NCBI GenBank assembly: GCA_964369245.1
Contig: CAYJEL010000001.1
Coordinates: 1 to 47,126 of the forward strand
Direction: 5' to 3'
Length of the DNA: 47,126 nt
From: an uncultured Muribaculaceae bacterium
GTDB taxonomy: Bacteria > Bacillota_I > Bacilli_A > RF39 > UBA660
Of this stretch, positions 18,301 to 27,431 are shown in pieces. The position numbers and the translations under genes were made by a program. Under the pieces are notes generated by a model. It saw nothing but the letters and a program-made list of their open reading frames with translations. It had not been told where the DNA came from and ran no database searches. Position 1 is the stretch's first letter. Every line of letters begins with the position of its first letter.

Positions 18301-18514
18301 TAATTTTATTGATATATTTATTGATAAAGATTTGTTAGATAATGTAGATGGAAAAAATTTATTCTTAGATTTAATACATATTAATAAGAATTTTAAATTT
18401 AAAAATCAGTTTAATAAAGTTATAATAACGTTACCTCTAAATAAATTAGATAAGCATTTTATTTATTATATGGTAGATTTAGTGATGTTACTAGAAAGAT
18501 ATGTTGTATCGTAA
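15314..18514 (+). CDS. mfd: Transcription-repair coupling factor
   Basis: CarD-like domain (VH..YGIGKY), DEAD/DEAH helicase motifs (GDVGYGKTEVA, IIDEEQRFG), QLYQLRGRVGR and a TRCF C-terminal domain. Confidence 0.93.
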   Translation: MKLENYSNICGICDELKSGYIYETFNNGDKTILIVCNTLYDATKFYNSLKNYTENVWFFPMDDFLTGEIVALSPELQITRLELLHNLDNSKKIIITNLMGYLKLLPDRDSYYDSYIKLNIGDEWEIKSLIEKFVNLGYLKESVIYKTGEIAVRGCIFDIFPIGAENPYRIEFWGNTIDSIRTFNVDNQLKISNVESITITPNNDMGNSCNIRDYLQNFSVYFNEYDDVTFGYETLLNEIKDYCLETNKPLDVRYISDFVVSESDINLSRIDSSFNNNKVFLNSFRLEEKFDSQDNIVKILNKFLNKYDYTIVCASNRYVVNKIMDNFEEINFVFTNESNLVTNKINIIVKKINEGYIYNNFVYISENDFFNRGKNIGVYKSNFKYGTKIKDISKLSLNDYVVHSMYGIGKYLGIKTITKNNLKKDYLQLEYFGDDKLYIPVENIECISKYSGSEGSLVKLNKLGTSDWQKTKQRAMKRAHDMADELLKLYAIRELKKGFSFPKDNHLQFDFENEFSFTETNDQLKSLSEIKKDMESDHPMDRLLCGDVGYGKTEVAFRAAFKAILGGKQVALLCPTTILSSQHFQNAVERFKNFPVNICLINRFVSIKKMNENISLIKEGKIDLIIGTHKLLNDEIVYADLGLLIIDEEQRFGVKQKEKIKNIKENVDVLTLSATPIPRTLNMSLSGLRDLSVIETPPVNRYPVQTYVLGENNKLIKEAITKEISRFGQVFILYNSVEHIESKAKEIRDLIPEIDVRFAHGKMDKKELEDIMFKFINNEFSVLICTTIIETGIDIPNANTLIILNADRLGLSQLYQLRGRVGRTDRLAYCYLMYDQKSILKELAVKRLNTIKEFTELGSGLSIAMRDLAIRGSGDLLGSEQAGFIDAVGIELFTSMLKTEIEKIKGNISAEEKEKITPFINVETSVEDSYVSNQNLKIEIHKLINTIDSGEKLEKVKIELEDRFGKISENLLIYMHEELFQAVALKIGIEKINQTNNFIDIFIDKDLLDNVDGKNLFLDLIHINKNFKFKNQFNKVIITLPLNKLDKHFIYYMVDLVMLLERYVVS

Positions 18515-18610
18515 ATTAATGTAAATTGTCGTATTTTGTATTATTGTTTAGTTGAATAATTTTAAATTTTTATGTTATATTTAAATAGGAGTAGTTCTAA
18601 GGAGAAAAAT

Positions 18611-18793
18611 ATGGATAGAAAATATGAATTTACAGCGGTATTAGCTTTAACATTTTTACCAATTATTTTAGCTTTAAGTAGTTTTATAAGTAAAATTGAA
18701 ATTATTGAATTATCTTACTTAATGTTCACAATTTTTATTCTCAAAAGTTCAATACAAAAAAGACTTAATAACTCCAATGAAACAACTAATTAG
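18611..18793 (+). CDS. Hypothetical small membrane protein (60 aa)
   Basis: ATG 7 nt after AAGGAG, two hydrophobic segments, followed by a good terminator. No recognisable family. Confidence 0.4.
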   Translation: MDRKYEFTAVLALTFLPIILALSSFISKIEIIELSYLMFTIFILKSSIQKRLNNSNETTN

Positions 18794-18799
18794 AAATTT

Positions 18800-18825
18800 A
18801 CAAACCTTGTGGTTTGTTTTCTTTA
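18800..18825 (+). terminator. Rho-independent terminator
   Basis: ACAAACC-TTGT-GGTTTGT hairpin followed by TTTTCTTT. Confidence 0.7.
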
Positions 18826-18833
18826 TATATATA

Positions 18834-18842
18834 TGATATAAT
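18834..18842 (+). promoter_or_regulatory. Extended -10 element (TGATATAAT) upstream of tatD
   Basis: TGnTATAAT match 25 nt upstream of the ATG at 18867. Confidence 0.4.
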
Positions 18843-18866
18843 CTTTTTTTGTTAGGGGGAAATATA

Positions 18867-19610
18867 ATGATTGATTCTCATTGTCATATATTAAAAGAGT
18901 ATTATCCTGATGTTAATAATATAATTGAAAATATGTGTGGAAATAAAATGATAGTTAGTTCAACTGGAATTGATGATATAAAAGAAGTTATTTCTTTGGG
19001 AAATAAATATTCTAATGTTTATATTACTATAGGTGTTCATCCTACTGAGGTTGATAAGATTGATGAAGCTTTTTTAGTAGATATTGAGAAAGAAATAAGT
19101 AATAAAAAGGTTGTAGCTATCGGAGAAATAGGACTTGATTATCATTGGTCTACTGATAAAGAAAATCAGAAAAGATTTTTTATTAAGCAGTTGGATTTGG
19201 CCTCTAAATATAATTTGCCTGTTGTTATTCATTGTCGAGAGGCAATTTCTGATGTTTATGAGATTTTAAAAAATTATAGTAATTTAAAAATTGTATTTCA
19301 CTGTTATAGTGATAGTTTGGAAATGGCTAAATTGTTGTTAAAATTTAATGTTAAATTTGGAATTGGTGGGACGGTAACATTTAAAAATAATGTTAAAACA
19401 AAAAAAGTGGTTGAATTTTTACCACTTGAGAATATACTTTTAGAAACGGATAGTCCTTTTTTAACTCCAGAACCTTATCGAGGTAAAAAAAATGAACCTC
19501 GAAATGTTTATTATGTAGCACTTGAAATAGCGCGTTTAAAAAATATTTCGGTTGAAGAAGTTTTGGATATAACTACTAAAAATACTATTTCCCAATTTGA
19601 CTTAGATTAG
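18867..19610 (+). CDS. tatD: TatD-family metal-dependent DNase/hydrolase (YabD)
   Basis: MIDSHCHI start, GEIGLDYHW, VIHCR and LETDSPFL. SD AGGGGGA upstream. Confidence 0.9.
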   Translation: MIDSHCHILKEYYPDVNNIIENMCGNKMIVSSTGIDDIKEVISLGNKYSNVYITIGVHPTEVDKIDEAFLVDIEKEISNKKVVAIGEIGLDYHWSTDKENQKRFFIKQLDLASKYNLPVVIHCREAISDVYEILKNYSNLKIVFHCYSDSLEMAKLLLKFNVKFGIGGTVTFKNNVKTKKVVEFLPLENILLETDSPFLTPEPYRGKKNEPRNVYYVALEIARLKNISVEEVLDITTKNTISQFDLD

Positions 19611-19648
19611 AAAATGTGTTAAAATTTCTATGTGTTGAGGTGAAAAAA

Positions 19649-20350
19649 ATGAGTTCATATTTGGTAACCAGTATAGGAAAATTTTTGGAATTGGTTATTG
19701 TATTTACAGTTTCAACTTTTAATTTAGATATTGGTTACAATACAATTATTAAAGATCAAAATGTGTCACATGAGAATTCTACTGTTATTTCATCTGTTAT
19801 TAATTATGAAACTGTCTACAATTATCAAGCTAATATACCTAGTAATATTACTAAGGTTGTAGTACCTGGTGTTGATGGAATAAGTTTTATAGATAATATG
19901 GGAAATACTAGTGTTTTAAAAGCTCCAGTTAGTGAAGAAGTTCTTGTGGGAACTGGGGAAATAGGTCAGTATACTGGAATCATGACAGGTTATGGACCAG
20001 ATTGTAGTACGTGTGATGGTAGAGGATATACGGCATGCAATACATCAAATTTAGGTTGGTATAATATAATTGAACATGGTGTGTATTATGATGATGCTCA
20101 ATTTGGAGAAGCTAGAGTGTTAGCGGCTGCTTTATCAGAGTTCCCTTGTGGGACTATTATTGAGGTTGTTAGTAGTAATGCTGGTACATTTACAGGTATT
20201 GTACTCGATACTGGGTATGATATGAGAAAAAATTTGGAAAAAGGTATTATTCATTTTGATGTTGCTTATTTAACGGAGGAAGATCCAGAGTTACCTAAGA
20301 TTACTAATATGAATAGTGTTAATTATAATGTTCAAAGATGGGGATGGTAA
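19649..20350 (+). CDS. Secreted/membrane-anchored 3D-domain protein, YabE-like
   Basis: N-terminal hydrophobic anchor, then a C-terminal 3D-type region (…ARVLAA….PCGTIIEV…GIVLDTGYDM…FDV). Lies between tatD and rsmA, like B. subtilis yabE. Confidence 0.6.
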   Translation: MSSYLVTSIGKFLELVIVFTVSTFNLDIGYNTIIKDQNVSHENSTVISSVINYETVYNYQANIPSNITKVVVPGVDGISFIDNMGNTSVLKAPVSEEVLVGTGEIGQYTGIMTGYGPDCSTCDGRGYTACNTSNLGWYNIIEHGVYYDDAQFGEARVLAAALSEFPCGTIIEVVSSNAGTFTGIVLDTGYDMRKNLEKGIIHFDVAYLTEEDPELPKITNMNSVNYNVQRWGW

Positions 20351-20375
20351 TCCCTTTTTTTATAGGAGGTATAAA

Positions 20376-21197
20376 ATGGAATATTCACCAAAAAAAATGA
20401 AAGAATTTTTAAATGAAAATGAATTTAATTTTAAAAAGAAATTTGGTCAAAATTTTATTGTTGATGAAAATATTATTAATAGTATTATTGATAAATCTAA
20501 AATTGATGATGATACTTTGGTTATTGAAATAGGTCCAGGTGCTGGGTCTTTATCTTATAAATTGGCATCAAAAGCTAAAAATTTAATTTGTTATGAGATT
20601 GATACTACATTAAAAGGGATTATTGAAAGTACTTTAAGTGATTTTAGTAATGTAGAAATTATTTTTAATGATTTTTTAGAGGTTGATATTTTAGAAACTT
20701 TAAAAAAATATGATTATAAAAAATTATATGTTGTAGCTAATTTGCCATATTATATAACAACACCTATTATTATGAAAATAATTGACTCTGATATTCCTGT
20801 TGATAAAATTGTTATCATGGTTCAAAAAGAAGTTGGCGATAGGTTTAAAGCTAAACCAGGAACTAAAGAGTATGGGTCATTATCTGTATTTTTGAATTAT
20901 TATTTTAATATTAATAAATTAATTGATGTTAGTCGCAATGTTTTTATGCCTGTACCTAATGTTGATAGTATAGTAGTTGAATTTTCAAAAAAAGATAAAT
21001 TGAAAGTAAATGAAAAAATATTTTTTAAACTTGTTAAAGATTCTTTTGTTCAAAAAAGAAAAACTTTAAGAAATAATTTAAAAGGTTATGATTTGGATAA
21101 AATTCTTAAAGTGCTTTCTAAATATAACTTAGATTTATCTGTTAGAGCAGAAAAATTAACATTGGAACAATTTGTTGAAATAGCTAATAATTTATAG
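20376..21197 (+). CDS. rsmA: 16S rRNA (adenine1518/1519-N6)-dimethyltransferase
   Basis: KKKFGQNFIVD, EIGPGAGSLS and VANLPYYITTPI motifs. ATG 8 nt after AGGAGG. Confidence 0.93.
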   Translation: MEYSPKKMKEFLNENEFNFKKKFGQNFIVDENIINSIIDKSKIDDDTLVIEIGPGAGSLSYKLASKAKNLICYEIDTTLKGIIESTLSDFSNVEIIFNDFLEVDILETLKKYDYKKLYVVANLPYYITTPIIMKIIDSDIPVDKIVIMVQKEVGDRFKAKPGTKEYGSLSVFLNYYFNINKLIDVSRNVFMPVPNVDSIVVEFSKKDKLKVNEKIFFKLVKDSFVQKRKTLRNNLKGYDLDKILKVLSKYNLDLSVRAEKLTLEQFVEIANNL

Positions 21198-21239
21198 CTA
21201 TTTTTTATTTTAATTAATATAATTTAATAGGTGGAGTTA

Positions 21240-22475
21240 ATGATTAAAATAGTTGATAGTGTAATTTGGAGTTGTGCTTTAATCTTAATAGTTTTTTCTT
21301 GTTTTAAATTATCTATTTATTTAGGATTTGTACAATTTAGATTTGGTGATATATTTAAGAATATTAATGGAAAAACTTTTTCTTCTTTATTGTTATCTCT
21401 TGGAGGAAGAATTGGTGTTGGTAGTATTGCGGGTTGTGCTATTGCAATAAAATTTGGTGGAATTGGTTCTGTATTTTGGATGATGATAGTTGGTGTTTTA
21501 ACAACTCCTTTGTTATTTTCAGAAGTTGTTTTGGGAATGAAATATAAAGAAAATGGTGTAGGAGGTCCTGCTCATTATATATCAAAAGGATTAGGATTAA
21601 AAAAGCTGAGTGTAATTTTTGCTTTTTTAATGTTTTTTTGTTTTTTATTAGGAACTTTAAGTATTCAAGCAAATACAATTGTTATAACTTCATCTCATTT
21701 ATTTGATATAAATATTTATATATTAATAGGCTTATTGTGTTTAATTACATTTATTGTTATAAATGGTGGTATTAAGAAAATAATTAAATTTATGAATGTA
21801 ATTGTTCCTATTATGATTATTATTTATTTATTTTGTTTATTATATTTTTTAATTCTTCAGATAAATTGTATTGCTGACTCTTTAATTGATATTATTTCCA
21901 GTGCTTTTAATTTTAAATCATTTATGGTTGGTAGTGTTTTAGTAGGTGTACAAAGAGGTTTATTTGCTTGTGAAACTGGATTAGGAACAAGTGCTATTAC
22001 GGGAAGTTCAATTAATTATGATGTAGTTAAGCAGGGTTTTGTTCAAATGTTAAGTAGTTATTTCATTAGTTTTTTTGTTTGTTTTTTAACTGGTTTGGTA
22101 ATTGTGATTTATGGGGATATTTTAAATATTAATAATGGTGTAGATGTTATTTTAAATATTTTTTATAATAATATGGGAAATTTAGGAATATATTTATTTT
22201 TAATAATAATAGTTTTATTTGCTTTTTCTTCTATATTAACTGCATATTATAGTGCATTTAGTAATTCTAAGCTAATTTTTAATAAAAGCGTTAATATTAA
22301 GTATTTTGTATTAATAATTATAATTTTTGGAGGTTTGGTTAAAGCTGATATTTTATGGGAAATATTAAATATTATTAGTGGATTACTAGTAATTATAAAT
22401 GTCTTTGTTGTTTTTAAATTAAGAAAAAATGTTAAGAATGAATTGAACAAGTATGATAAAAATGGTAAGATGTAA
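21240..22475 (+). CDS. Alanine/glycine:cation symporter (AGCS) family transporter
   Basis: Polytopic membrane protein with GGPAHYISKGLG and GVQRGLFACETGLGTSAI, resembling AGCS motifs (…RG.FSNEAG.GS…). Confidence 0.7.
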   Translation: MIKIVDSVIWSCALILIVFSCFKLSIYLGFVQFRFGDIFKNINGKTFSSLLLSLGGRIGVGSIAGCAIAIKFGGIGSVFWMMIVGVLTTPLLFSEVVLGMKYKENGVGGPAHYISKGLGLKKLSVIFAFLMFFCFLLGTLSIQANTIVITSSHLFDINIYILIGLLCLITFIVINGGIKKIIKFMNVIVPIMIIIYLFCLLYFLILQINCIADSLIDIISSAFNFKSFMVGSVLVGVQRGLFACETGLGTSAITGSSINYDVVKQGFVQMLSSYFISFFVCFLTGLVIVIYGDILNINNGVDVILNIFYNNMGNLGIYLFLIIIVLFAFSSILTAYYSAFSNSKLIFNKSVNIKYFVLIIIIFGGLVKADILWEILNIISGLLVIINVFVVFKLRKNVKNELNKYDKNGKM

Positions 22476-22486
22476 TTGGTGATTTT

Positions 22487-23140
22487 ATGATTGGCAATAA
22501 ATGGGATGATATTTTAAAAGAAGAATATGAAAAAGAGTATTTTAAAGATTTGATGTCTTTTGTAAATTTGGAATATAAAAACAAAGTTTGTTTTCCACAA
22601 TATAATGACATTTTTAATGCTTTTAAGTTTACTGATTATGATGATATAAAAGTTGTAATATTAGGACAAGATCCTTATCATGGTGAGAGTGAAGCTCATG
22701 GATTATCTTTTTCCGTGTATAATAATATTAAGAATCCCCCATCTTTAAGAAATATATTTAAGGAATTGGAAAGTGATTTAGGTATTGTTAGAACAAATAG
22801 TGATTTAACAGGTTGGGCTTTACAAGGAGTTTTGTTGTTAAATGCTGTATTAACTGTTGAAAAAGATAAAGCTTTGTCCCATAAAAAAAAGGGTTGGGAA
22901 ATATTTACTGATTGTGTTATTAAAAAGATTAGTGAAAGAAATGATAAGGTTATATTTTTGTTGTGGGGTGGATTTGCACGTAGTAAAGCTAAGTTAATAG
23001 ATTCTAAACATTATATAATAGAATCTGTTCATCCATCGCCTTTATCTTCTTATAATGGTTTTTTTGGTAGTAAACCTTTTAGTAAAATTAATAATTATTT
23101 AATTGACGATGATAAGAAAATAATTGATTTTTCAAAGTAG
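22487..23140 (+). CDS. ung: Uracil-DNA glycosylase
   Basis: VVILGQDPYH, LLLN..LTV and HPSPLS motifs. Confidence 0.95.
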   Translation: MIGNKWDDILKEEYEKEYFKDLMSFVNLEYKNKVCFPQYNDIFNAFKFTDYDDIKVVILGQDPYHGESEAHGLSFSVYNNIKNPPSLRNIFKELESDLGIVRTNSDLTGWALQGVLLLNAVLTVEKDKALSHKKKGWEIFTDCVIKKISERNDKVIFLLWGGFARSKAKLIDSKHYIIESVHPSPLSSYNGFFGSKPFSKINNYLIDDDKKIIDFSK

Positions 23141-23183
23141 TATAAATATATAATCTGTTCATAATATAATATAGGAGGATATC

Positions 23184-23711
23184 ATGATTTCTATATTTTT
23201 TATTGCGTTATCTTTAAGTATGGATGCGTTTTCACTTTCGTTAGCTTACGGAACAGGAAATGTTAATCATAAAAATAAATTGTTGTTAGCTATACTAGTT
23301 GGTTTATTTCACTTTTTTATGCCTATGATTGGTTTAAATATTGGGACTTTTGTATTTAGTATTTTTCCTTTAAAGCCTAACTTAATTGTATTTTTAATTT
23401 TATTGTTTATAGGTCTTCAAATGATATTTGAGAGTAAGAAGAGTAAGGGTGAGAAAAAGTATTTAAATTTAATAGCAATGTTAATTTTTAGTTTTGCTGT
23501 TAGTGTTGATAGTTTATCTGTTGGTATAGGTCTTGGCAATATTACATCTTTTATATTCATGAGCTATGTTATTTTTAGTTTATGTAGTTGTTTTTTTACT
23601 TATCTTGGATTAAACCTTGGTAATGTTTTGAGTAATAAATTTGGTTTAATCTCTCCTATAATTGGTGGAATTACTTTAATTTGTATAGCATTTTACTATT
23701 TTTTTTCTTAA
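23184..23711 (+). CDS. mntP: Manganese efflux pump MntP family
   Basis: About 175 aa with six hydrophobic helices and the duplicated motif SMDAFS / SVDSLSVG. Confidence 0.8.
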   Translation: MISIFFIALSLSMDAFSLSLAYGTGNVNHKNKLLLAILVGLFHFFMPMIGLNIGTFVFSIFPLKPNLIVFLILLFIGLQMIFESKKSKGEKKYLNLIAMLIFSFAVSVDSLSVGIGLGNITSFIFMSYVIFSLCSCFFTYLGLNLGNVLSNKFGLISPIIGGITLICIAFYYFFS

Positions 23712-23716
23712 GTTTA

Positions 23717-23725
23717 TGTTATAAT
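23717..23725 (+). promoter_or_regulatory. Extended -10 element (TGTTATAAT) upstream of fba
   Basis: TGnTATAAT match in the mntP-fba spacer. Confidence 0.4.
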
Positions 23726-23771
23726 TATGGTGATAACGTCGATGCGTTAAATATAGTGAAGATGGTGAATT

Positions 23772-24623
23772 ATGTTAGTAAATATGAAGGATATGCTTAA
23801 TAAAGCAAAAATAGGTAAATATGCAGTTGGTCATTTTAATATTAATAATTTAGAGTGGGCTAAGTTTATTTTGGAAGCAGGAGAAGAAATGAAATCTCCA
23901 ATAATTTTAGGTGTTAGTGAAGGTGCGGCACGTTATATGGGTGGTTATAAAACAATCGCTAATATGGTTAGAGGGTTAGTTAGTGACTTAAGTTTAACAA
24001 TTCCAGTAGCTCTTCATTTAGATCATGGAAGTTCTTTTGAGGTATGTAAGGAAGCTATAGATGCTGGTTTTTCATCAGTAATGATTGATGCTTCTAAAAA
24101 AGATTTGGATGTAAATATTAAAATTACCAATGAAGTTATTGAATATGCTAAAAAATTTAATGTTTCAGTTGAAACAGAAGTTGGGGCTATTGGTGGACAA
24201 GAAGATGATGTAGTAGCTGATTTAGCTTATGCTAAAGTTGAAGATGCTTTGAAAATGGTTGTAGAAACAAATGTTGATTTTTTAACGCCTGCTTTAGGAA
24301 GTGTACATGGTTTATATAAAGGTGAACCTAAGTTAGACTTTGGTAAAATGATTGAAATTAGTGAAAAGTCTAATGTTCCTTTGGTTTTACACGGAGGTTC
24401 AGGTATTCCAGATGATTTAATGAAAAAATCAATTGAATGTGGTATTTGTAAAATCAATTTAAACACTGAATTACAAATTGTATGGTCTTTAGAAGTAAGA
24501 AAATTTTTAAATAGTGATGAATTAGCTTATGATCCTAGAAAAATCATAAAAAGTGGTGAATTTGCTCTTAAAAAATTAGTTAAAGATAAAATCATATTAT
24601 TCGGTTCAAATAACAAAATATAA
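23772..24623 (+). CDS. fba: Class II fructose-1,6-bisphosphate aldolase
   Basis: YAVG.FN.NN.E, HLDHG, E.G.IGG.ED, LVLHGGSG and KIN.NTE motifs. Confidence 0.93.
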   Translation: MLVNMKDMLNKAKIGKYAVGHFNINNLEWAKFILEAGEEMKSPIILGVSEGAARYMGGYKTIANMVRGLVSDLSLTIPVALHLDHGSSFEVCKEAIDAGFSSVMIDASKKDLDVNIKITNEVIEYAKKFNVSVETEVGAIGGQEDDVVADLAYAKVEDALKMVVETNVDFLTPALGSVHGLYKGEPKLDFGKMIEISEKSNVPLVLHGGSGIPDDLMKKSIECGICKINLNTELQIVWSLEVRKFLNSDELAYDPRKIIKSGEFALKKLVKDKIILFGSNNKI

Positions 24624-24653
24624 CAATATGCATAATTTATAGTGGAGGATATT

Positions 24654-25907
24654 ATGGAAAAAATAATTATAAATGGTGGAAAAAAATTAAGTGGTGTAAT
24701 CGAGATTAGTGGAGCAAAAAATAGTGCTGTTGCATTATTACCGGCAGCAATTTTATCAGAAGATGAAATTGTAATTAAAAATGTTCCAAATATTTCAGAT
24801 ATAGATTCATTGATAGAAATTTTAACATTTTTAGAAGCAGATGTTAAACATGAAAATGATGTTATAACTATAAATTGTAAAAATATTAAAAATAAAAAAA
24901 TTCCTGAAAATATTTCTAGTAAATTACGAGCATCATATTATTTTATGTCTTCTTTATTAGGTCGTTTTAATGAAGTTGAAATGTATTTTCCTGGAGGATG
25001 TAATATAGGAGCTCGTCCAATTGATATTACTTTAGATGCTTTTGAAAAATTAGGAGCTGAGGTTATTGAAGAAGATAATTTCTTTAAAATTAAAGCTTCA
25101 TTATTAACGGGAAATGAGATTAATTTAAGATTTCCATCTGTAGGAGCAACTATTAATGCAATGTTAGTAGCAGTTAAATCTCAAGGTAGAACTGTTATTA
25201 ATAATGCAGCAAGAGAACCTGAAATAGTAAATGTGGCAACTTTGTTAAATAATATGGGAGCTAAAATATCAGGGTGTGGTAGTAGTGTTATTGAAATAGA
25301 AGGTGTTACTGAATTATTAAAAGCTGAAATTTCTGTTATACCTGATCGAATCGAAGCTGGAACATATGTTATTTTAGGAGCATTAATGGGAGAAAAATTA
25401 AATATTAATAATTTAGAACCTTTGCATATGGAAGCTTTGATAAGTTATCTTTGTAAAATGGGTTGTGAGCTTGAAGTTAATGATACTAATATTGTTATCA
25501 GTAAAGGGAATTATTTAAATCCTATCAATGTTAAAACTGAAGGTTATCCTGGATTTCCAACTGATTTACAACAACCTTTAACTGTTTTATTAACTCAATC
25601 TTTAGGTGTTTCCACTTTAGAAGAAACTATATATGAAAATAGATTTCAAAATGTTGTTTATATGAATAAAATGGGTTGTGATATTAAAATAAGTGATAAA
25701 ATCATCACAATTAATGGTGGTTTAAGTTTAAAAGGTGCTGATGTTGTAGCTACAGATTTAAGGGCTGGAGCTAGTTTAATTTTAGCTGGAATTATTGCTG
25801 ATGGGACTACTACAATAACTGAAGTTAAGCATATTTTAAGAGGATATGAAAATATAATTTCAAAATTAAAAAATGTTGGTGCTGATATTGAATTAGTAAA
25901 TGAATAA
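24654..25907 (+). CDS. murA: UDP-N-acetylglucosamine 1-carboxyvinyltransferase
   Basis: ISGAKNSA, the active-site loop PGGCNIGARPID, and GFPTDLQ. ATG after GGAGGA. Confidence 0.93.
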   Translation: MEKIIINGGKKLSGVIEISGAKNSAVALLPAAILSEDEIVIKNVPNISDIDSLIEILTFLEADVKHENDVITINCKNIKNKKIPENISSKLRASYYFMSSLLGRFNEVEMYFPGGCNIGARPIDITLDAFEKLGAEVIEEDNFFKIKASLLTGNEINLRFPSVGATINAMLVAVKSQGRTVINNAAREPEIVNVATLLNNMGAKISGCGSSVIEIEGVTELLKAEISVIPDRIEAGTYVILGALMGEKLNINNLEPLHMEALISYLCKMGCELEVNDTNIVISKGNYLNPINVKTEGYPGFPTDLQQPLTVLLTQSLGVSTLEETIYENRFQNVVYMNKMGCDIKISDKIITINGGLSLKGADVVATDLRAGASLILAGIIADGTTTITEVKHILRGYENIISKLKNVGADIELVNE

Positions 25908-25971
25908 CATAAATTTTATTTTATTTCATAAAATTAAGTAAGTTAAATTACTTTTTTTATTGGGGGAATTT

Positions 25972-26625
25972 ATGATAAAGAAAATTTTATCTTTATGTGT
26001 TTTGTTTTTTTCAATATTTTTAATATATTTGGGTATTAGAGATGATAAAATATATTTTTTAACTTTAGGGGATTTTTCTTCTAATAGTTTTAATGGTAAT
26101 ATTAAAGATCACCTGATTAATACAAAAAAATTAGAAGTATATTATGATAATTTTGTTGATGAGGATTATAGAGCTACGGACATTATTAATTTTATAAAAA
26201 ACAATGAATCGGTAACTGATTTGGTAACTATACAAAATAATTTAATTAAGGCTGATTTATTAACTTTGTCAGTTGGTAAAAATGATTTTATAGATAATTT
26301 AAATTTTAGTTATGAATTTTCTATGGATGATTTATATAAAAAATTTCAGGAATTTTATTTTGATTTGGATTTATTATTTACTTATTTAAGGAAATACTGT
26401 AAAGAAACAATTGTATTTATAGGATTTTATAATAGTTATTATGATGATTCCTTAAATGATTTTTATAGTTATGTAAATAAAACTTTGGAGTCGTTAAGTC
26501 ATAATTATAATATTAAATACATTGATTTAGAGCTATTGTTAGATGCTGATGATTATATTGACGGTGTTATTAATGAAAATGGTAATAAAAAAATCACAAA
26601 AGAAATATTAAAAATAATTGAATAA
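25972..26625 (+). CDS. Membrane-anchored SGNH/GDSL-fold-like protein, catalytic residues apparently substituted
   Basis: N-terminal TM segment. Block-I-like LTLGDFSS, block-III-like SVGKNDF and block-V-like DGVINENGNKKI. See finding. Confidence 0.45.
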   Translation: MIKKILSLCVLFFSIFLIYLGIRDDKIYFLTLGDFSSNSFNGNIKDHLINTKKLEVYYDNFVDEDYRATDIINFIKNNESVTDLVTIQNNLIKADLLTLSVGKNDFIDNLNFSYEFSMDDLYKKFQEFYFDLDLLFTYLRKYCKETIVFIGFYNSYYDDSLNDFYSYVNKTLESLSHNYNIKYIDLELLLDADDYIDGVINENGNKKITKEILKIIE

Positions 26626-26628
26626 GAC

Positions 26629-26658
26629 TTGATTTTTTTAATTTTTTTTTGCTATAAT
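26629..26658 (+). promoter_or_regulatory. Sigma-A promoter of rpmE (TTGATT - 18 nt - TGcTATAAT)
   Basis: -35 at 26629-26634 and extended -10 at 26650-26658. A short ATGACA/TGTCAT leader hairpin follows. Confidence 0.55.
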
Positions 26659-26712
26659 ATAAAGGCAAGAAATTTCTATGACATTTTTTTGTCATGGCGG
26701 AAGGAGATAGTT

Positions 26713-26928
26713 ATGAAAAAAAATATTCATCCAACTTATTTAGATACTAATGTTGAATGCGCTTGTGGTAACAAATTTACTGTAAAATCTAATAAAGAAT
26801 CTTTACAATTAGAAGTTTGTAATGAGTGTCATCCATTTTTTACTGGGAAACAAGGTACTGTTTCTAAAACTGGTAAAGTTGATAAATTTAATCGTAAATA
26901 TGGTATTGAAACAAAAGAAGCTGCTTAG
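26713..26928 (+). CDS. rpmE: 50S ribosomal protein L31 (zinc-binding type)
   Basis: MKKNIHP…, C.C…C..CHPFFTG and …KF.RKYG. ATG 7 nt after GGAAGGAG. The longer track ORF from 26629 is an artefactual extension. Confidence 0.93.
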   Translation: MKKNIHPTYLDTNVECACGNKFTVKSNKESLQLEVCNECHPFFTGKQGTVSKTGKVDKFNRKYGIETKEAA

Positions 26929-26942
26929 TTTCTTTTTTTTTG

Positions 26943-26951
26943 TGATATAAT
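26943..26951 (+). promoter_or_regulatory. Extended -10 element (TGATATAAT) upstream of rpiB
   Basis: TGnTATAAT match 20 nt upstream of the ATG at 26971. Confidence 0.4.
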
Positions 26952-26970
26952 ATTTATTATGGAGGGTAAT

Positions 26971-27393
26971 ATGAATATTGGAATTGGAAATGATCATAAA
27001 GGTTGTGAATTAAAACATAATTTGACAAATTATTTATTAAATAAGGGTTATAATGTAATTGACTATGGGGATAATAATGAGGGAAATGATTATCCTGATG
27101 TTGCTATTTCTTTGGGAAATGATATTGGAAATAAGATTGATATGGGGATATTGATTTGTGGTACTGGTATTGGTATGAGTATAGCTTGTAATAAGGTAAA
27201 AGGAATTAGATGTGCTAAAGTTAGTAGTGTAGAAGAAGCAATTTTAGCTAGAAGTCATAATGACTCTCAAGTCATAGCTTTAGGTAGTAATGTATTAAAT
27301 GTAAATTCAATTGTTGAATCTTTTTTAGAAACTAAGTTCTCTCAGGAAGAAAGACATATTAGAAGAATTAATAAAATTAAAAATTATGAATAA
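26971..27393 (+). CDS. rpiB: Ribose-5-phosphate isomerase B (RpiB/LacA/LacB family)
   Basis: IGNDHKG, ILICGTGIGMSIA.NK, IR.A and ARSHND motifs. Confidence 0.9.
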   Translation: MNIGIGNDHKGCELKHNLTNYLLNKGYNVIDYGDNNEGNDYPDVAISLGNDIGNKIDMGILICGTGIGMSIACNKVKGIRCAKVSSVEEAILARSHNDSQVIALGSNVLNVNSIVESFLETKFSQEERHIRRINKIKNYE

Positions 27394-27431
27394 AAAATTG
27401 TTTAAGTAGTATTTTATAGTGAGGTGATTTC

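Noticed and set aside
23141-23183. yybP-ykoY manganese riboswitch upstream of mntP, and a glycine riboswitch upstream of the AGCS symporter (21198-21239)
   Set aside because: Both intergenic spacers are only about 40 nt, far too short for these riboswitches (over 100 nt), and show no conserved structure.
26629-26712. Long N-terminal extension of rpmE, and similar upstream extensions of ybaB, bofA, holB, tatD, yabE-like, rsmA, murA, rpiB, the ABC ATPase and ABC4 in the ORF track
   Set aside because: The extensions start at weak or alternative codons, lack an SD, overlap promoters or upstream stops, and encode junk-like residues. In each case an internal ATG has a well-spaced GGAGG-like SD and gives the canonical family N-terminus.
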